Assembly (NCBI RefSeq): GCF_004010195.1
Contig: NW_025215140.1
Coordinates: 1-37,070, forward strand
Source: Chiloscyllium plagiosum
Taxonomy: Eukaryota
Length of the DNA stretch: 37,070 nt
Direction: 5' to 3'
The position numbers and the translations under genes were made by a program. The notes under the pieces were generated by a model. That model saw only the letters and a program-made list of their open reading frames with translations, had not been told where the DNA came from and did no database searches. Positions 32,404 to 37,070 of the stretch are shown piece by piece. Every line of letters starts with the position of its first letter. Position 1 is the first letter of the stretch.

Positions 32404-35400
32404 CTGGATAAATAAATATATGTAACCAGGACTTTTAGTGTCTCCTCAGTCAAGGGCACTGACTCTGTGCTGTCTGTTTACACATATATATATATACCCA
32501 CGAGATTCAGAATCTCCTCAGTCTATGGCACGGACTCTGTGATGGATGGTTAAATAAACATGCACATCCAGGAGATTTAAATTCTCCTCAGTTTGGCGCA
32601 CAGACTCTGTGCTGGCTAGTTAAATAAATGGATACAACCAGGAGATGTAGAGTCTCTAGTTTAGGGCACTGAATGTGTGTTGGCTGGTTTAATATATACA
32701 TAACCAGGAGATTGAGTCTTCTCAGTTTAGGGCACTGACTTTCTGCTGGTGAGTTAAATAAATATATACAACCAGGACATTTAGAGTCTCCTCAGTTAAG
32801 GGCACTGAGTCTGTGATGTCTGGTTAAATATATATAACAAGGATATTTATAGACTCCTCAGATTAGGGCACTGACTCTGTGCTGCCTGGTTATATAATTA
32901 TATAGAATCAGGAGATTTAGAGTCTCGTCAGTTTAGGGCACTGATTCTATGATGGCTGATTAAATAAACATATATAGCCAGGGCATTTAGAGTCTGCTCA
33001 TTCTAGTGCACTGACTCTGTGCTGAGTATTTAAATATACATAACCAGGAGATTTAGACTCTACTCAGTTATTGGCACTGACTCTGTTCTGTCTGCTTAGT
33101 ATATGTAATGAGCTGGTTAATTATTATAATCTCCTCATTTTCGAGAACTGACTGTATGGTGGCTGATTAAAACTTTTTTAACCAGAGTGTTTAGAGTCTC
33201 CTCAGTTTGGGGCACTGACTCTGTGCTGGCTGGTTAATTGTATATAACCAGGACCATTTGGGACTCCTCAGTTTGGGGCACAGACTGTGGGGTGGCTGGT
33301 TAAAAAAAATAGATATAACTGGGTGTTTTAGACTCTCCTCAGTTTGGGGCACTGACTCTGTGCTGGCTGGTTAATTGTATATAACCAGGACCATTTGGGA
33401 CTCCTCAGTTTGGGGCACAGACTGTGGGGTGGCTGGTTAAAAAAATAGATATAACTGGGTGTTTTAGACTCTCCTCAGTTCAGGGCACTGACTTTCTACT
33501 CTCTAGTTAAATAAATATGTAAAACCACGAGATTCCGATTCTCCTCAGTCTAGAGCACTGACTGTGTGCCGGATGGTTAAATAAACATGCATATCCATGA
33601 GAGTTAAATTCTCCACAATTTAGGGGACTGACATTGTGCTGGCTGATTAAATAAATATATATAACCACGAGATTCAGAATCTCCTCAATCTATAGCACAG
33701 ACTCTGTGCTGGATGGTTAAATAAACATGCATATCCATGAGATTTAAATTCTCCACAGTTTAGGGCACTGACTCTGTGCTGGCTAGTCTAATATATATAA
33801 CCAGGTGATTTAGAGTCTGCTCATTCCAGGGCACTGAATCTGTGCTGTGTATTTAAATATACGTAACCAGGAGATTTAGACTCCAACCAGTTATGGGCAC
33901 TGACTCTGTTCTGTCTGTTTAATATATATAACGAGCTGGTTAATTAAATATAACCAGGAGATTTAGAGTCTCCTCAGTTTGGAGCACTGACTCTGTGCTG
34001 GCTGGTTATAAAAACAGATATAACTAGGAGATTTAGAGTCTCCTCAGTTTGGGGCACTGAGTCTGGACTGGCTGGTTTAAAAAAAAACAGATATAACCAG
34101 GAGATTTAGAGTCTCCTCAGTTTAAGGCACTGACTTTCTACTGACCAGTGAAATAAAAATGTCAAACCACGAGATTCCGAGTCTCCTCAGTTTAGAACAC
34201 TGACTCTGTGCCGGATGGTTAAATAAACATGTAGTCCAGTAAATCTAAATTCTTCACAATTTAGGGCACTGACTCTGTGCTGGCTGTTCAAATAAATATA
34301 TATGACCAGTAGATTTGGATTCTCCTCACTTTAGGGCTCAGACTACGTGCAGAATGGAAAAATAGGTATTAATAACCAGGAGATTTCGAGTCTCGTTAGT
34401 TTATGGCACTGATTGTATGGTGGCGGGTTAAATTTTTTATAACGAGAGTATTTAGAATCTCCCCAGTTTGTGGCACAGACTCTGTGCTGGCTGATTAAAT
34501 AAATAGATACAACCAAGAGATGTAGAGTCTCTAGTTTAAGGCACTGACAGTGTGTTGGCTGGTTTAATATATATATAACCAGGAGATTTAAAGTCTTCTA
34601 AGTTTCGGGCACTGAATTTCTGCTGGTGAGTTAAATAATTATATGTAATCAGGGCATTTAGAGTCTGCTCATTTTAGGGCACTGACTCTGTGCTGGGTCA
34701 TTATCTGTAACCAGGAGATTTAGAGACTCCTCAGTTAAGGGCACTGATTCGGAGTTGTCTGGTTAAATATATATAACCAGGATATTTAAAGACTCCGCAG
34801 ATTATGCCACTGACTGTGGGCTGGCCGGTTAAATAAATTAATATAACTAGGAGATTTACAGTTTCCTCAGTTTAGGGCTCAGACTATGTGCTGTAGAGAT
34901 AAATATATATAAATCCAGGAGATTCAGAGTCTCCTCAGTTTGAGGTTACTGACTCTATGTTGTCTGGTTAAATAAATATATACAACCACGACATTTAGAT
35001 TCTGCGCACTATAGGACACTGACTCTGTGCTGGTTGGTTAAATAAATATATAAAACCAAGAGATTTAGTTCTCCTCATTTAAGGACACTGACTCTGCGCT
35101 GTCCATTTAAATATATATAACCTGGAGATTTAGAGTCTCCTCAGCTTAGGACACTGACTGTGGGCTGGCGGGTTAAATACATTTATATAACTAGGTGATT
35201 TACAGTTTCCTCAGTTTAGGGCTCAGACTATGACTGTTTAAATATATACAACCAGAAGATTCAGAGTCTCCTCAGTTGACGGCACTGACTATATGCTGCC
35301 TGGTTAAATAAATATATAATCAGGAGATTTAGTGTCTCCCCAGTTTAGGGCACTGACTCAATGCTACCTGGTTAAATAAATATATATTATCAGGAGATTT

Positions 35401-36037
35401 AGTGTCTCCTCGGGTTAGGGAACTGACTGTGTTGGCTGGTTAAATATATACAACCAGAAGATTGAGTCTCCTCATTTTGGGTCACTGACTGCGCTGGCTG
35501 AATAAATAAATATACATAACCAGGAGATTTAGAGGCTGCTTATTGTAGGGCACTGACACTGGGCTGGCTGGTTAAGTAAAAACATATAACCAGAACATTT
35601 AGAGTCTCTTTACTTTTGGGCACTGACTGAGGCTGGCGGGTTAAATTAATATATAACCAGGAGATTTAGAGTCACCTCAGGTTAGGGCTCAGAATATGTG
35701 ATGGATGAATAAATACATACATATATAACCAGGAGAAAGTCAGTGCCCGAAACTGAGGACACTCTAAGTCTCCTGGTTATACATAATTAACCAGACAGCA
35801 CAGAGTCAGTGCCTTAACTGAGGAGACTCTAAATCGCCTGGTTATATATATTTGAACAGACAGCACAGTGTCAGTTCCTTGAAATGAGGAGAGTCTAAAT
35901 CTCCTGATAATCAACCAGCCAGCACAGAGTCAGTGCCGAAAAATGAGGAGACTCTAAAACTCGTGGTTATTTCTGTGTATTTATCCATCCAGCGCATAGT
36001 CTGAGCCCTAAACTGAGGAGATTCTAAATCTCTTAGT

Positions 36038-37070
36038 TTTATAAGCTCTTTAGATCAAGTAGATTGGATGGGGCGGTGTTTGTGCAGTGTGTCCAGGAAG
36101 CTTTTCTAACACAGTATGTAGATTGTCCGACCAGAGGGGAGGCCATTTTGGATTTGGTACTCGGTAATGAACCGGGACAAGTGATGGGCTTGTTAGTGGG
36201 TGAACATTTTGGTGATGGTGACCACAATTCTGTGACTTTCACCTTGGTTATGGAGAGAGGTAGGTGCGTGCAACAGGGTAGGTTTTACAATTGGGGCAAG
36301 GGTAATTACGATGCTGTAAAACAAGATCTGAGGAGCATAAGTTGGGAGCATAGGTTGTCGGGGAAGGATGTCGTGGAAGTGTGGAACTTTTTCAAGGGAC
36401 AGATACGACGTGTCCTTGATATGGATGTACCTGTCAGGTAGGAAAGAAATGGTCGTGTGAGGGAACCTTGGTTGACGAGGGAGGTTGAATGTCTTGTAAA
36501 GAGGAAGAAGGAGGCTTACATAAGGTTGAGGAAACAGGGTTCAGACAGAGCAGTGGAGGGATACAGGATAGCCAGAAGGGACCTGAAGAAAGGGATTAGG
36601 AGAGCTAAGAGAGGGCATGAAAAATCTTTGGCGGATAGGATCAAGGATAACCCCAAGGCATTTTATGCGTATGTGAGAAACATGAGAATGACGAGAGCGA
36701 GGGTAGGTCCAATCAAGGACAGTAGTGGGAGACTGTGTATTGAGTCAGAAGAGAAAGGAGAGGTCTTGAATGAGTAAGTTTCTTCAGTATTTACGAATGA
36801 GAGGAACCGTATTGTTGAAGAGGAGAGTGTGAAACGGACTGGTAAGCCAGAGGAGATACATGTTAGGAAGGAAGATGTGTTGGACATTTTGAACAACTTG
36901 AGGATAGACAAGTCCCCCGGGCCTGATGGGATATATCCTAGGATTATGAGGGAAGCAAAGGAGGAAATTAGTACCGTTGGCAATGATCTTTTCATCTTCA
37001 CTGTCAACGGAGGTGGTACCAGGGGACTGGAGAGTGGCGAATGTTGTGCCCCTGATCAAAAAAGGGAATA
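36038..37070 (+). mobile_element. CR1-clade LINE ORF2 pseudogene (AP-endonuclease C-terminus to RT N-terminus), runs off the window
   Basis: Encodes FLTQYVDCPTRGEAILDLVLGNE...GDGDHNSV, EPWLTREV...IKDNPKAFYAYV, KSPGPDGIYPR and DWRVANVVPLIKKG. In-frame stops at 36439-36441 and 36775-36777. Confidence 0.93.

Larger units (their letters stand above)
20533..36037. repeat. Satellite array of a ~62-68-bp monomer in both orientations, interrupted by a gap and PLE insertions
   Basis: A 56-bp core aaccaggagatttagagtctcctcagtttagggcactgactctgtgctggctggtt plus an AT-rich linker. Sequenced blocks are 20533-25690, 27404-28577, 29497-31322 and 32404-36037, about 11.8 kb, or roughly 180 monomers by length. 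Confidence 0.95.

Noticed and set aside
20533..36037. CRISPR-like repeat-spacer array
   Set aside because: The linkers are short AT-only tracts rather than unique spacers, the monomers are diverged and in both orientations, there are no cas genes, and the context is vertebrate.

Overview
This is repeat-dominated vertebrate DNA, very probably from a shark: it has HER1/CR1-type LINEs, an HE1/V-SINE-type SINE and many Penelope-like elements (PLEs). There are two assembly gaps and no intact host protein-coding gene. The window falls into three zones. (1) 1-8.6 kb holds LINE and PLE fragments in two diverged ~67-68-bp minisatellites, plus a few weak splice-site candidates. (2) 8.7-18.3 kb is a decayed tRNA gene cluster (Glu x2, Lys, Leu, Asn, Arg, Val, probably Ser x2) with an old ~1.5-kb internal duplication. 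(3) 20.5-36.0 kb is an array of a ~62-68-bp self-complementary satellite with higher-order repeats, duplicated inversion junctions and mirrored arms. In it, three copies of one Penelope/Poseidon insertion (one plain, two carrying a nested second PLE with a split 10-bp TSD) record how the array grew. At least five recognisable minimal hammerhead-ribozyme motifs lie in PLE termini. Two ~110-140-bp non-coding PLE-derived elements are flanked by TSDs, and one keeps the full hammerhead core. I found no evidence for a new protein-based system. All comparisons were made by eye against remembered consensus sequences; no searches were run.
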